Assembly: GCF_006345805.1 (NCBI RefSeq)
Contig: NC_042999.1
Location: 171,988,001 to 172,052,000, forward strand
Direction of reading: 5' to 3'
From: Octopus sinensis
Lineage: Eukaryota
Length of the DNA stretch: 64,000 nucleotides
Position 1 is the first letter of the stretch. Each line of letters opens with the position of its first letter. Of this stretch, positions 13,150-27,295 are shown in pieces. A program made the translations under genes and the position numbers. The notes beneath the pieces were generated by a model, which saw only the letters and a program-made list of their open reading frames with translations, searched no databases and was not told the DNA's origin.

Positions 13150-16100
13150 ACAGAATCAGATTTCTGAAGGTAGTGATTTTTATTAACATACATTGTATGA
13201 TACATGTGTTGCATTGCTGATTATATTGGCTTCTTGTTTCTCTAATATTTAATCTATTTGTTATGTAGACGATGGTCTTTGAGAGTTTTGTTATTATATT
13301 ACGACGTGATTGCTCTTTGGTTTTGTTTGCTTCTGTGTTGCCAGCAAAAGTACGTGATTAGTGTAGCATGAAGAAAACAACCAACTTTTCTTTATATGTA
13401 ATGAGACCAACTACAAATTAGCAGCTGACTATACTGGATCAGGATTTGAATGAGCCTTATGGTGGATGCCGATATGGCTTATTTTACAGAATACTTGTAG
13501 TGTTGTGTTCCTGGTATATATCTGTACGTATGAGTTCAAACTTTCCTTTCTCACACTTTCTGCTCTTTATTTTTGTCTTTCATTTAGCATACACATACTT
13601 TTCATCCATTTCAAACTACTGTGTTTCTATAATTTCCGAACTTTCCTCCAGGTGATATTTTTGTCTGTTCACAGAGAAATGTATCGTATTTGGAACGTAC
13701 ATATTCAGTGCCTTCACTTTAATTGAAAGTTTTGGAGTACTGCTAACTTGATGTATTGGGCATTGCTTATGTTTGTAGATGTCTTTGGATTTGCCAGAAA
13801 TTATGCGTTCAGTTGTCTTGTATTTTGTCTTTATAAATAACTGTTTTCTAGTCACATATTTATCATGTACAACCAAAATTACATATCCATTTTTGTCTTT
13901 ATATCAGTATTTCTGAGCAATTACTGGCTTAAACATTTACTTGCTCCCACGGTATCGTGTACTGGAGGATTTTGGCCTCGTAAATTGTTTTCATCGCGAT
14001 TTCCTTGTTTACATACATTTTTCTACATTCTTCATATTTTTTCTTCAATATTACTAGCTTCCAATTTCTAGTTGGTCTCACTGTATATATGGAAACGTTG
14101 TTTGTTTCCTTGATGCTACACTAGTCACTTTCTTTTGTTGGCTCCTAAATAATATTTATTGGAACAGTCGTTGATTCGCAGTATTTGTTTTTATTTGCCT
14201 CCAGTTCCATACTTTATGAGTGTGGAGCTGATGTATCCCATTAGTGTCAGCTTAGTGCTATGGTTTTAGATTATATTTGGGAGTATCTTATGCTTTCCTC
14301 TACGATCTCCAATTTAATTGTTGATACAATAATTTATAAAAGAGATGATTTGCACATTTTTACCTATTACCATACTGTTAATAATAGTTCCAAATTTTGG
14401 CAGAGGAACAGTAATTTCGACTCCAAAAAAATGAAATGCAAAGTCAAACTCGGCGTGATTTGAACTCAGAACGTAAAGACGGAAATGATGCAAAGCATTT
14501 TAGACGCCATACTAACGATTTTGCTGGCTGCTTTGATAAAACTGTTAATATTGATTTTCAGTTTTTGAAATTTGTCTGAAGTTTCTGAAAAAATGTTTAA
14601 TATCGTTCTCTTTTATTTATGTGTGATTAATCTCATCAGTCTCACCTATTAAGCTTATGTGTTCCTGGCTCTGTTCTAATTTTCTGTTCTCAGAGACTGG
14701 ATATAATATAATGTTCTCAATTATGGTAATTTACTCATTTTTATAACAGCTTTGGCAAATTTCCTAATCCCATACTCAATCCTAGGTAATGGAGGTATTT
14801 GTAATCAAATGTTGGTAGATTTCCTAGATGGACATTATTCCTTGTAAACAGTATGTATTTCAGAGAGGATATGGTTTCGAATCTGTCTCTAAAATTTACA
14901 ATAGTTGTTAGGATTCTTCATTACTAGTTGTAATATTCTTCTTATATGCATAAGGCAATTTCTCGCTTACGTTATTTTGGTTGTATTTATACATATATGC
15001 ACAAATAATACATGCATAGACACAAGCAAACACACACACACACACATACACACACACACACATATATTGTTTTCAAAATGAAATTACATGCTTGATGCAT
15101 TTTCTTGCATTATTTATAGCTAGACTCTCAAGTATCGAAAACTTTCCTATACCATTAAATTATTTTTGATAAATTTTGTATGCCATAATAATGGTTATCT
15201 TGATTGCCCGCGTCACTAGTAGCTCCTCCTTCAGTATATACATCTCTTTTCCAGTACCGTTTCTGTTCCTTTATGAAAGTGAGATTTCTATCGACATTGA
15301 CATCCAATCTGATTTAGATTTACAATATTAGGGGAATTTTGGTTATTAACAAAAATCTTTAGGTTTATACATTTCTATATCTCCTGTATTGTTGCTTCCA
15401 GGAACAACAATTTCCCCGCGCAGCAGCAATGATTCTTTTGTAGTGTTGATCGGTTTATTCACTGATTGCTGCCAGCATAAATTAATGAATACTGCTTTGA
15501 TGTTTCTGCTAAAAATTGGGTTATTTGTTCAACCTACGGTTATGCAGCTTTTAAAATGTTGCGATGTTCTGTGCTGGATGCGTTTAATCAGATTCGTATC
15601 ACTATTGTATATTTTAACCTTTTTTAACTACAATGAGAATTATTATTATTGCACTGAATTTTATTATTTCAGATCATATACTTCTATTCTTCAACTCCCG
15701 TTGTTATTGAGGTTTTTAGATTATTAATCTATTTTCATAAAGTAATTTTATTTTTTAAAAATCCCTTACTTTGCTGTCCTGGAAAAAAAGAGTTTATGTG
15801 ATTCGCAGCGTCTCAATTTATGTGCGTTTGCAGATATGATTTGCTGAAGCACTTTAAATTGCTATATTTTGTAATTTCAATTTTGTAATTCATATTGTGA
15901 CTATTTAATAAATTTTGCTTTTCAATCTAATAGACATTTCCGCTACTGTCAGTCTTATGCTGTATATTTGCTTGTCAATCTTTGTAAAAATGGAATGCGG
16001 TGGATTTAAATCTATTATTAACAATCCCGTCTACCGTTGATACTACCACTCTAGGTAATAGATTAGGTCATTTAGTTTGTCTGTATTCGAGCGTTTCACT

Positions 16101-16560
16101 TCCACAGACTTCAATTCCTGCAGGATTCTGTTACATTTCTTCTTTCGTAAACAAATGTATTTGTGTCTAATTTGAGCATGGTTTTGTCGTCATCTATACA
16201 TATTGATTTTTTTTAATATCTTCCTATATAATATTTCTGCTGTACCTGTTAAACTTCAATATTGTGTATGGTTCCTGTGCTGTGAATCTTCTCTTCCTTG
16301 TGCTGTTAGTTGTTTTGCAGTGTTTATGATTTTTATGAGGATCTGTATTTGGTTCTTTGTTTCCAGGGGAACATCTATGATCTCCATTCTCTTGCGAATA
16401 TTAGTTCTGCTGGAAGAACTTGCTTGTTTCTAGAATTATGGTTTTTGTACTATTTTCATTGCATTTTGAGGGCCCTTTTATTGTTTCGCGAGGGCGTTTC
16501 TGTTGAGTTTTCTTCCTTTTGAGGTTTATGAGTTACGTGTGTACTAGTTACTGTTATGCT
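13150..16560 (-). mobile_element. Highly degraded non-LTR retrotransposon remnant (clade not determinable)
   Basis: Long T-rich plus strand (A-rich minus strand); fragments such as KLSIKVKALNMYVP resemble LINE post-RT regions; no clean motifs. Boundaries approximate; a family B SINE piece at 14440-14531 interrupts it. Confidence 0.3.
14440..14531 (-). mobile_element. SINE family B head fragment
   Basis: Reverse complement gcaaaatcgttagtatggcgtctaaaatgcttt...cgttctgagttcaaatcacgccgagtttgacttt. Confidence 0.7.
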
Positions 16561-16586
16561 TGTATTGGTTTGAGATAAATTATGGT

Positions 16587-16623
<37 letters not shown>

Positions 16624-18965
16624 ATCACTTATTTTGTTTAATATTTTCTATACTTTTCATTTTTGTTTTCATCATATTGTTAATGTTAAACTCCGTATAT
16701 TCACTAGCGTGTTTAGATTTACAGTTTTCTCGCTTGAGGTTTCTTCACAACATACACGCACACATTTATTTTATAGTACCAGTGTTTGTTGGATACAAAC
16801 ACAGATGTAAAATACTAATGCAGTAATGAATTGCTCATTAATCCTATGACACTTGAACTTCAAGGAATTCTTCATTAGTTTAATGATCTGTTCGAATATT
16901 GTATTAATTTGTTATTGGTTAGTGATTCTTTCTCTTTTCAATTCTGATGATACATTTTTGATGATACACTATTTTTTATTTTGCTTCACCACGCCTTTCT
17001 CTTGCACTGACATTTAAATACAGGGATATAAACAGATAGAATGCTCCGGTGAGATACCTAAAGTTAATGATAGTACTAATGATACACAAACATACCTCTT
17101 CGTTTAAGTCTAAATATCTAAAGCACAGCCGCCCCAATAATTAACATAATTAGTCACACCAACTTTTTTCTGCTGACACTGCAATAGCATTTGAATTTCA
17201 GTGCTGCCTCGTTCACTTCTACAATAAACCAGTGTTGAATATTTTACCTTTTCTACACACATCCACAGTATCTGATCCAACGAAAGGTATCACACACTAA
17301 GATATACGTCCAGCAGTATTTCTCTGGAATGTCTTCTCTCGGGGACGCATACATCAAATATGTTTAAAATCCACCTGCAATCGATAATTTTCAACATATA
17401 AAAAAGAATATTAACAACATCAATGTCACCTTTTAAGAAACGTCTGTAATAAAATTGACACACGTATTTTACTACAGAGAAACCAAATATAGAAACTTCT
17501 TAACAAGTGTCCTCTTAGATTATTGTAAACATATGTTGCCGCCGATTTGGTATATGAATTTAGTATTTATTAAAAATGTTATGGCAAGTATCTGTCCATT
17601 ATTTATCCCACTGAGAAACTCAGTTGATCTTTTGATAACTGGTTCCCGTTCGTATCAAGATTAGTATATATTTGGTGCTGTAGAGTTAAATGATTAGTCT
17701 CAAGCATGGTAATTAGTATTATGTATCAACAGAAGTAAAATTTTGTTTCCATCATCATTTCATAAGCCATGATAGAGAAACATTAACGATTACAGTTTGG
17801 TTAGCCGCGTAGTAGTGAGGCGGTCTTTGATGTCAGTTACATTTCATTATGCATTAGAAGAATCTGATTTGAAATTCAAGGGGCACAATTTGAACAGGTA
17901 ACGAAAAACCGAAATAACATCGTTCGTTCCGTGTACGATATAAGTTTAGCCAGTCAATAATACAAGGATATTTTCTCGACAATATTTTCTCGGTGCTTAA
18001 TGTTATTGCCTATATTACTGATATTTTCCTTTTATCTTTTGATCTCCAAATATATTTCAGAAATCTAGTGGTGATCCCCAGATGTCGTTCACGGAATGAG
18101 CTGTTATTCTGGTGCAGAGATTACAAAAAACAGTGCTGTATGAAATATATATGTGAAAGAGTGGATTTGTTTTCCAAAGTATAGTGTGCAGTCTTCCTTT
18201 TGTGATATTGTGACTCCATTACATCCAAAGATGTTTTATTTCGCAAACTATTGCATGATTCTATTTGATAAGTCCGATGTTAGATAAACAATAATATCAT
18301 TTTATTTTTACGTTAGGTATTTATGTGTATATAGGATATGTTACTGAATTTTGTCAAGTAGTTTCATTTGTTTCCATAATTCTGTTATTTGAGTTCTATA
18401 CTATGAATGTTCCTAATGTGTCCACATGTGCACTTTTAAACTCCTGATTTATTTCTTCAATACTATTCCTTCTGTACATTACAAGGCATAAATCTAAAGA
18501 GCTATAAAACACTTTTGTTTTTCTGTCAGTTGATGCACTAGAAATTCACAACAATAGGTGTTTGTGCTTATTAAATATGTGTATGTTCTTATGTACGTTT
18601 GTATACATTTAGTGTGTGGTTGCAAACAAAACATCTGTATAAAATCATCAATATCTTGTGACATTAATAACGCAGAAGAATTTTGCTGAGAGCAGTAATG
18701 TCAGCCAGAAAATAAGACAATGGACAAAATCAGCAAGAACGTAGAAATGTTTGATAAGAAATGTTTGAAAGGATTGAGAGAATGATGGAAACGAAAATTT
18801 AAAAATAAAATCTCATGGAAGTCGACACACCATATACTCTTCTGTTACTAATTATATTTCTAAAATAAAATTTCTGTAATAAAAAAAAATACCCATACTA
18901 GCATTGCCGTTTCTTTCGTTTTTTTTAAATATTTACATGGGTGCGTCGTATCCGCTTATGCATAC

Positions 18966-19002
18966 ATAGGTACGCCGTAGCAGCGTGATACGGCGCACCT
19001 AT
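18966..19002. repeat. Short GC-rich hairpin
   Basis: ataggt-a-cgccgta / loop gcagcgtga / tacggcg-c-acctat: 13 pairs with one mismatch. Confidence 0.8.
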
Positions 19003-19081
19003 TGACGACGTGTACACAAAACTGTTGGCATTTGATACGATGGCTTTTATTTCTCTCTCTCCCCCCTCTCTCTCTCTCTCT

Positions 19082-19127
<46 letters not shown>

Positions 19128-19334
19128 TATATATATATATATATATATGTTATGTATACACACACACACGCCAGACTCACCCAATTTATTTATGACTGGA
19201 ATGATGTAAAATGAGAAAATATACATCTACACCGCCAAACAAAATATTCCATTCTTATATATGAATGCCTGTCTTTTGTACGTATTTATACTTTTAATTG
19301 TTTATTTTAATAACGTGTTTACACATGTAAGGTC

Positions 19335-19366
<32 letters not shown>

Positions 19367-19394
19367 ACGGGTGTGTGTGATTGTGTATAGAAGA

Positions 19395-19807
19395 ATATAT
19401 TAATAAAAGGAATTCCAACCTTGTCTGATTTTCACGTTTTATTTACAATCTTATAATGATATAAGATAATATAATATAATAAAATAAAATAAAATAATAG
19501 AATGTTAAATGTTCATTCTGATTGAACTAGTACTTTCATGCATTAAATTCTGCAATCTTCAGGTTCATGTAGTAGTGGTGACAGTCATGCTTCACAATTT
19601 TTGACTGTCAAAATTGTGAAGCATGACTGTCAACACTACTACATGAACCTGAAGATTGCAGAATTTAATGCATGAAAGTACTAGTTCAATCAGAATGAAC
19701 ATTTAACATTCTATTATTTTATTTTATTTTATTATATTATATTATCTTATATCATTATAAGATTGTAAATAAAACGTGAAAATCAGACAAGGTCGGAATT
19801 TCTTTTA

Positions 19808-19816
<9 letters not shown>
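19395..19816. repeat. Near-perfect ~422 bp palindrome (foldback), 1-nt centre at 19606
   Basis: Arms 19395-19605 and 19607-19816 are reverse complements with 3 substitutions and 1 indel on my manual comparison; right end runs into (AT)n. Confidence 0.95.
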
Positions 19817-19846
<30 letters not shown>

Positions 19847-22800
19847 TTCATTATTTATTAACAAGCAAAACATGCAGATGCGTCTGCACAACTTCATATC
19901 ATAAGTAAAAGTTAATTTCCAATCTTCAGGATTATGTACATGTTGAACCTAATTAATGTTTTATAAACTTTAAAAGTTATAAACTTTAAAAGTAACAACA
20001 CAGAAATATCACCGCATACATTTTTCGGCTAGTTATAGATGTCACACATCAGTGAAAACACTTTCAGTTCGGTTAATTTAAATTCAATAAAAGTTCTTAC
20101 TCTTGTAAATACACCAAATATTTGTTGTCCTGTAAACTCTAATATAGATTTGTTTATATTTCTACAAGTTGTGTTTTATACAGCATAATATGTGTACAAC
20201 AATATTTCAAAAATAACATACGCAAACACTACATAAATAATTAAGACATAAACATACAAGTATATTGTCGTGTTTATCTATATTAGTTTAGAACGTCGGA
20301 AGAAGGGACATGTTTTTATAGTAGAGAAATTATTTTATCGACTACAGAGAAAAGAAAGTGAGAGTCAATGTAGGTGCTATTTCAACGCACGGAAGAGACT
20401 ATAATCTACGACGTTATTCTTCTTGTCACATAATATGCTCACAGTCTATTATACAATGACAAGGGCTTATTTGTAACGCCTTAAACAAGTTTAGCTGCAA
20501 GAAGATATCGAAAACAATTCATAATAATATGCGTTTAAGAGTTACGCCTTAAATTTTTAACGTAGTGTGGGATATAACTGAAATATTTAGCATAATGAAG
20601 CAGTGTTACGAACGTCTATCTATTAATGCATCAAAAGGGAAAAAATAGTGTTTATAAAACGTGGAATCTTCCCGAGTTCTGCCTGTTTCTATGATTATGA
20701 TTTAAGCATAAGGCAACTTATTCTGTTTGAAGATGGAATTAATTAAATTGGCATTAGTGATTAACTGGTATTTGTGCTATTCATAGTAGATTCACGAAGG
20801 ATAAATTATTACAAAGGGAATCCGGCTTGGATCGTTAACACACGTGTCTAAATGAAATTGATTAAACTTTCCATTACCATACACTCATAATATTGATCTA
20901 CAACATAGGCACAATGCCATATACATTTTTTTTTATGGGGAGGAAACAATCGATTAAATTGACTATAATACTTCGCTTGTAAGTTTTATAGACCAAGGAA
21001 AGATAAAATGGGAAATGGAACTCGAATGTATGGTAACTCACTATGCAAGACGTCCAAACATAGACCGGTTATTTATGGTGCTCACTTCTCTTTGCTTTCC
21101 GTCAAAATAAACTTCAGTAACAAGTGTTTCAAAATAGGCATACTGTCACACAGTTAGGGAAGAGGGATATTACACTAAAGGTTTCTGAATGCATCTAAAC
21201 TGAAAGAATGCAACTAAAGTTTACCTCACCGGAATTTGAAATGGGTTTGAACAAGAAATATCCAAAATTAATCCCCCTACGCTCTACCAATTCTTCTTAG
21301 TCACTCTACTATGATGATAATTCTAATACAAGCATAAGGCTAGAAAGTTGGAGGAATGAGAGGAATGAGTTGTTCGAGTAAATCCGACCTCAGATCTTCA
21401 CTTGACGCAAGAAGGATGGTTATCAAAACATCCCTTGGTATTATGTAAAGTCATAACGAGAAAAAGCTGGGATAAACGATGCTAGGTATTTTGTTCGCCG
21501 CTCTATCCACCACCATTATCGACGCCAATTCCCTTTTTCTATATAATTGTAACCCCACAAGTTTCCAGAAACGAATATTTCTTATCTCTCGACTACCACA
21601 TATAGCAAATACTATACGGAGTTGAACAGCAAAAGTAAGAAGGAAGTAGGGATTTGATCTGAGATTGGAAAGGGACGTATGAGAAAAAGTAACATATTCC
21701 ATGACCCTGAAAGGTTTTTGTTACTGCAATCCCTCTCAAATAAAAAAAAAATATTTAGTAGCCTTGATAGAAATGTTGATAGAAATGGTGTCGGGCTCTA
21801 GAATTTAACCTGGAACCATATAATTTCAAAAAGATTTTGCTTCGCGGTTATAACAGCCAATCACCATCTAGCTTGCTCTGATTGTTTCTTGAGGAAATGG
21901 CTGAGGTCATAGTCTTCGCAAGACCTCCGAAAGAAGTCCAATCTCAATTCATAATATTCGTGTTGCCATGGTTTTACCGTTCTGGAGAGAAACACCTGAG
22001 AATTGGCTGCTAATTAAGTTTGAAAAGAGATGGGTGAGCTTAAGTGCTTGGGTGAAGTGTTAATCGACCAACCCACTCAAGGTAGTAATTAGTAATCAGC
22101 GTCAGAACAAGATATAGTGAATGTTCATATGTTTGATTGTTATGTACAGAAAGAAGAATGTGGGAACATAGGCACACACCACACACAGGAGATTGTAGAG
22201 TGTAAGTCAAAGATTGTTCTAACGACATAATCACGGACATCATATTCTGCCAGATAATCTCGAATTTAACAGATAATCGACGGAGAGATTTGTACTCTAT
22301 CTAGAAGGTATGCATATCAGAAATAAGTGTCAGTTCTGTTGATGTTAATTCTAGACACACGATTTTCCCTAAACTCCTGGGAGGAAAGGGTTTAAGTGTG
22401 TGTGTGTGTGATCTAGGAGAGTAGACCACTAGTAGATACAATACCAAACATATTGATTTAAAGGAAGCATTCAACGTATTTGAGAATGATTTATTAGCAA
22501 CTATACCAACAGCGTTTGAGATGGCGGTGGTGTTTTCAGATAGGATGCCCTTCTTTAAGATAACAAACATTGTAATACGTTCCACAGTTTGTTAAATATC
22601 CATTTCTAGATATGAGAAGCAAAAGTAGTTGACGTGTTAGGGCAATAAACATACAGCTTTAGATATCGAAGCATTTATAGGGCCATCAAAACGCAACCTT
22701 GATAGTAACTTGCTCCAGGAAGACTGGTTCGAACGTTGCAGATAAGTTGCGCAGCATGAAGCAGATCTCAATGCAAACACAGAAAATGAGACGCTATTAT

Positions 22801-23042
22801 GGTCAACGGAACCACCGCTACTAACAATGTAATCTCGAAATATGCAGCTCTATGTAATGAATCATTTAACCCATACAACAATCAACAATGCACTAAAAGA
22901 ATATAAAGTGACAAGATTGACATGACTAAGAGCAGGTGAGAGAGAAAATGAGATAGAAACCTTTTGCGAAGATAGGAACTGAATGGGCTGATTGAGAAAA
23001 ACAGAAGGGCTACATAAGGGAGTTGTCATGAGAAAAAAGGGA

Positions 23043-23077
<35 letters not shown>

Positions 23078-23787
23078 CAAAAGTGAGAGGAAAATGCCTA
23101 AGAGAGATAATTAATTACCTCTATTAAACTCAAAGTTTGATAAAGGTAATTAAAAATGACTGAAAATTTATTAAGCCTTCAATTTGACGTATTGATTGTA
23201 ATTAAGGAGGTAAAAGGTTTTAATGATTATGACCCGATAAAGGTTCGATGTCATTCGTTTGTCTTTCTTTCTTAAAATCATCTACATATGTGGGTGTGTC
23301 CTACCCGAAGCTTTACATTGATATTTCAAATTATTTGCATGCATTTAATAGCTAATCTGCACAAAAACTATAATAATACTGTATAGAGCGTACGTTATAC
23401 GAAAAATTATGTTAACTTATATATGGTAAAAGTTGTATCCTGCACGGAAACCGTTTGCATACTATGGTTACTTAGCGGTGTCCAGTCATCACTGGCAGCC
23501 ATTTGTATACTGTAGTAACAAATAAAATATAAACACAAGATATAATACATAAATTAGAATAATGAGTTGTCTCCTTTCAATTGGTCACATCATACAAATA
23601 GCTTTCAGGTATTTACAGACAGATAGTTAGTAAGAAAATAAATAGCACATATATATATATATATTACAAATGAAAAATAGAAGATGGAATAAACGAGAAT
23701 ATATTATTAATCACAACAATTGTTTCGACACATCTAGCATCGACTCCTCTTGTCAGACACACAAAAACTGGTTCAGGATTATCAAAA

Positions 23788-24118
23788 AGGAAATAGTGTC
23801 ACCAAAATTTGCTTGAAAAAACAGTCGATGCCGTACGGCACTATGTAAAACTTCACTGATTGTATAGAAGCAAAGATGTATGCTGGAGGCGAACATGAAA
23901 AGATTACGTCTTACCTCTAGGAAGAACGCCAGAGAACTCAAGTACTAAGTTGTCCATTTCTCTAGCGTTCTTCCTTCTAGTAAGACGAACATTTTTATGT
24001 TCGCCTCCCGCATACATCTTTGACTGTATACGTATACATTCATTGAAGATATACGTAGCGTCGTACGGTTATCGACTGCTATTTGGCGTAAAAAACGTAT
24101 CATGTGCCACTATTTCCT
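23788..24118. repeat. Old imperfect foldback, arms ~150-160 bp, loop 23937-23957
   Basis: Colinear complementary blocks: aggaaatagtg/cactatttcct, cagtcgat/atcgactg, caaagatgtatgc/gcatacatctttg, ggaggcgaacat/atgttcgcctcc, aggaagaacgc.agagaa/ttctct.gcgttcttcct. Confidence 0.85.
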
Positions 24119-24187
24119 ATTTATGATTCTAAATTTACGCTGATTTATGTCGGTGGAAAATACCACTGTATTGTAATATTATTTACG

Positions 24188-24234
<47 letters not shown>

Positions 24235-24237
24235 ATA

Positions 24238-24270
<33 letters not shown>

Positions 24271-24363
24271 GGGGGGTATTGATGAATGTATGTATGTAAA
24301 CATATATATGCATATATATACTTTCGTATACTGTATACATATATATATATATATTTACGTATA

Positions 24364-24408
<45 letters not shown>

Positions 24409-24780
24409 TGTGTGTAAGCTTATGTGCATCTACATTTATTTATGTATGCGCGTGTATTCGTGTTCTGTGTGGTCATACGTGTCTGTTTATTTATTTGTTT
24501 ATTTCTACGTATTTACACGTGGCCCGTGTGTAGACTTTATTCGTATCATTGTATATCATCACAAGTGATACTCTTTGAAAGATATCCTTATGATAATATC
24601 AAAGGAATAATAATTAGTGCACTCTATTATGAATAACTTTTTTATTCTGCTTTCATTTTGATAACAGCAGGACAAATGTCTTTCCTCAAAATCCAAGTAT
24701 GTATGGTAGAAGACATTGCTGTACCGCCTTATATATAAAGGAACGGAAAAATGACATACCTGCATATATATATATATATA

Positions 24781-24932
24781 TATTATTTACATTATTTGCA
24801 TTTGACGGATATTTGTCCTCATCTTGTTTGTTATTAACACAACGTTTCGGCTGATATTCCCTCCAGCCTTCATGAGGTGTCTCGGGGGAAGTTTCGAACC
24901 TTGGGTTCTCATTCCTAGGGTATTTTTCGATG

Positions 24933-25002
<70 letters not shown>

Positions 25003-25010
25003 CATTATTA

Positions 25011-25058
<48 letters not shown>

Positions 25059-25060
25059 CA

Positions 25061-25115
<55 letters not shown>

Positions 25116-25175
25116 AATCAGGTCACTGCCTCGAATCGAACTCGAAATCTTGGGGCTAACAGCCCGCGCTCTTAA
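24781..25175 (-). mobile_element. tRNA-headed SINE (family D) with internal (AAT)n tract and hammerhead-like tail
   Basis: Minus strand: ttaagagcgcgggctgttagccccaagatttcgagttcgattcg (truncated A box, B box GTTCGATTC), then ~180 bp (AAT)n at 24934-25113, unique tail, short aaataat repeats. Confidence 0.75.
24836..24883 (-). ncRNA. Minimal type I hammerhead ribozyme fold, core-mutated
   Basis: ACAC-CUcAUGA-A-GGCUG(gagggaauau)CAGCC-GAA-ACGU-U-GUGU: stems I and II pair, stem III is the palindrome ACGU; core G5 is C. Confidence 0.7.
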
Positions 25176-25914
25176 TTTATGCAATTATATGTCAAGATTT
25201 CAAGATTCATTTACATATCATTTTCAAAATCGGAAAATCCTTTAATTTCATTTCTACAGTTCTCAGTATTTTTCTGAAAAGATGAGCAGTTCGGCCTTAC
25301 GCTGAGCATTAACTAAACTTATTTTAACAGTGTGGGAGGCTGCACGGAATTTACTATGCTTGCACCACGAAAATATGGCTTACTAAATATAGTTTAATTA
25401 ACATCCATTCTACGAAACAATATCTAATAACAAGTCGTAGATAAATCTATTGAGTGTCTTAATATGAATGAATGTAATCAGAAAATCTAACTTCTTAAGA
25501 GAATTTCAAAGAAAAGTATATAATCAGAAAGCATATATTAAGTGTAAAGGCTATTGTGATCGTAAGTAATTAATGACTATTTTTTTTCTCAATTCAATAC
25601 ATTATCGTCAAAAGACGACAAAAAATATTGGCATACAGACATAGAAAAAGTTTTGTTCAAGAAGTGCAACACCATTACGGAGGGGCACGTGTATACACAG
25701 GCAGAACTATATAGCAGTCAACTACTGGAGAACAACACAAAAACAAAAAAAAAGAAGAACGAAAAGTCAATTATTGTTGCCAGAAATTAGGTGCTAACAT
25801 TACGATCAGGTAAAGTCAGTGCACTTCAAACTCTCCTCTATCTCTCCCTCACTCTCTAATTAAACATATAAAATAAAGTGAGAGAGAGAGAGACAGAGAG
25901 ACAGAGAGCGAGAG

Positions 25915-25955
<41 letters not shown>

Positions 25956-25978
25956 GTGTGTATTTGTGTATGTGCATA

Positions 25979-26033
<55 letters not shown>

Positions 26034-26075
26034 GTGTATGTGCATATATATATATATATACATATATGCACATAT

Positions 26076-26111
<36 letters not shown>

Positions 26112-26125
26112 GCACATATACAAAT

Positions 26126-26210
<85 letters not shown>

Positions 26211-27295
26211 CGAAATGAATCCAATTACAACTACCATAAATTTTGTGAAAACCTAAATCACAAACATAACATTTGCTTTTGTAGAACACTTTTATCCTGC
26301 CTTTCTGCAGAAACGGTCTCTCAATCAATAATGTCTATAGCGCAACGTTAAAAAAATAACTGCACCAGCTACTAAAGATACGATGCAACGAACATACGCG
26401 CAAATTCCGCAAAACAAACAGGATAAATGACACTTTCCAAACTTATATGGATGTTACGATAAAAATATGTAAAATTGTGTATGAACTGGAAAATACTCAC
26501 GTATAGTAACAACAAGGTAACAACAAACCCTGCCAACTTTGTAGTAATAAATCCTACCACATTCTGGCATTCAAGGGCCATACTCCATTTTGTAACTCTA
26601 AACGTGTCACTTCATGCAAGCACAAAATCTGAAAACATTAAAAATTTCCAAACAACAACTTTATTATTTTACTTACACAATAAACTATCCCCATAATATA
26701 CATAAACTCCATTCTTTCAGTTTTATTATTAAACAAAAACTGTAGAAATTATGTACATACCCACTAGGAATTTTTAACATAAGTCGACAAATCTACATGC
26801 GCTGATATAAGCCTATATTTGTATGAAAGCAGGTTGGAAGACCCTTTTCTTTTTTGATTCTCCTTCTTTTAAAGCTTTTGAAATTTAAAATTTCTGAGTA
26901 TCATTCAAATAACTTATAGAACAATGAGCCTGGAAATATATATGGACTACCTACCTTTACACATGCACATATTCTCTTGTGAGCACCATAAACCCTCCAT
27001 TAATAACCTCCACCTTCAAAATACAAACAGGAAATTACCGAAATAATGACAACAATTACAAAAAAACCTGACCACATCAACCATAACACTTACCTGCATT
27101 CTTTTGTAAACCTTTAAAAAATTCTCCTACCAAAAACTGACACAACCAATTATAAAACTAAAATAAACTAAAATTGACTAATACTACTAGCGCTTACAGT
27201 GACCAAGAACTTTCTACATCTGCCTACATCAATTTTATTGTGAACAACGAAACTATGACCTGAAACTGTCACACCTAAATATTATTATTTTTAGT

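Noticed and set aside
22300-22620. Possible Penelope RT remnant
   Set aside because: Only vague motif echoes; no YxDD or equivalent.
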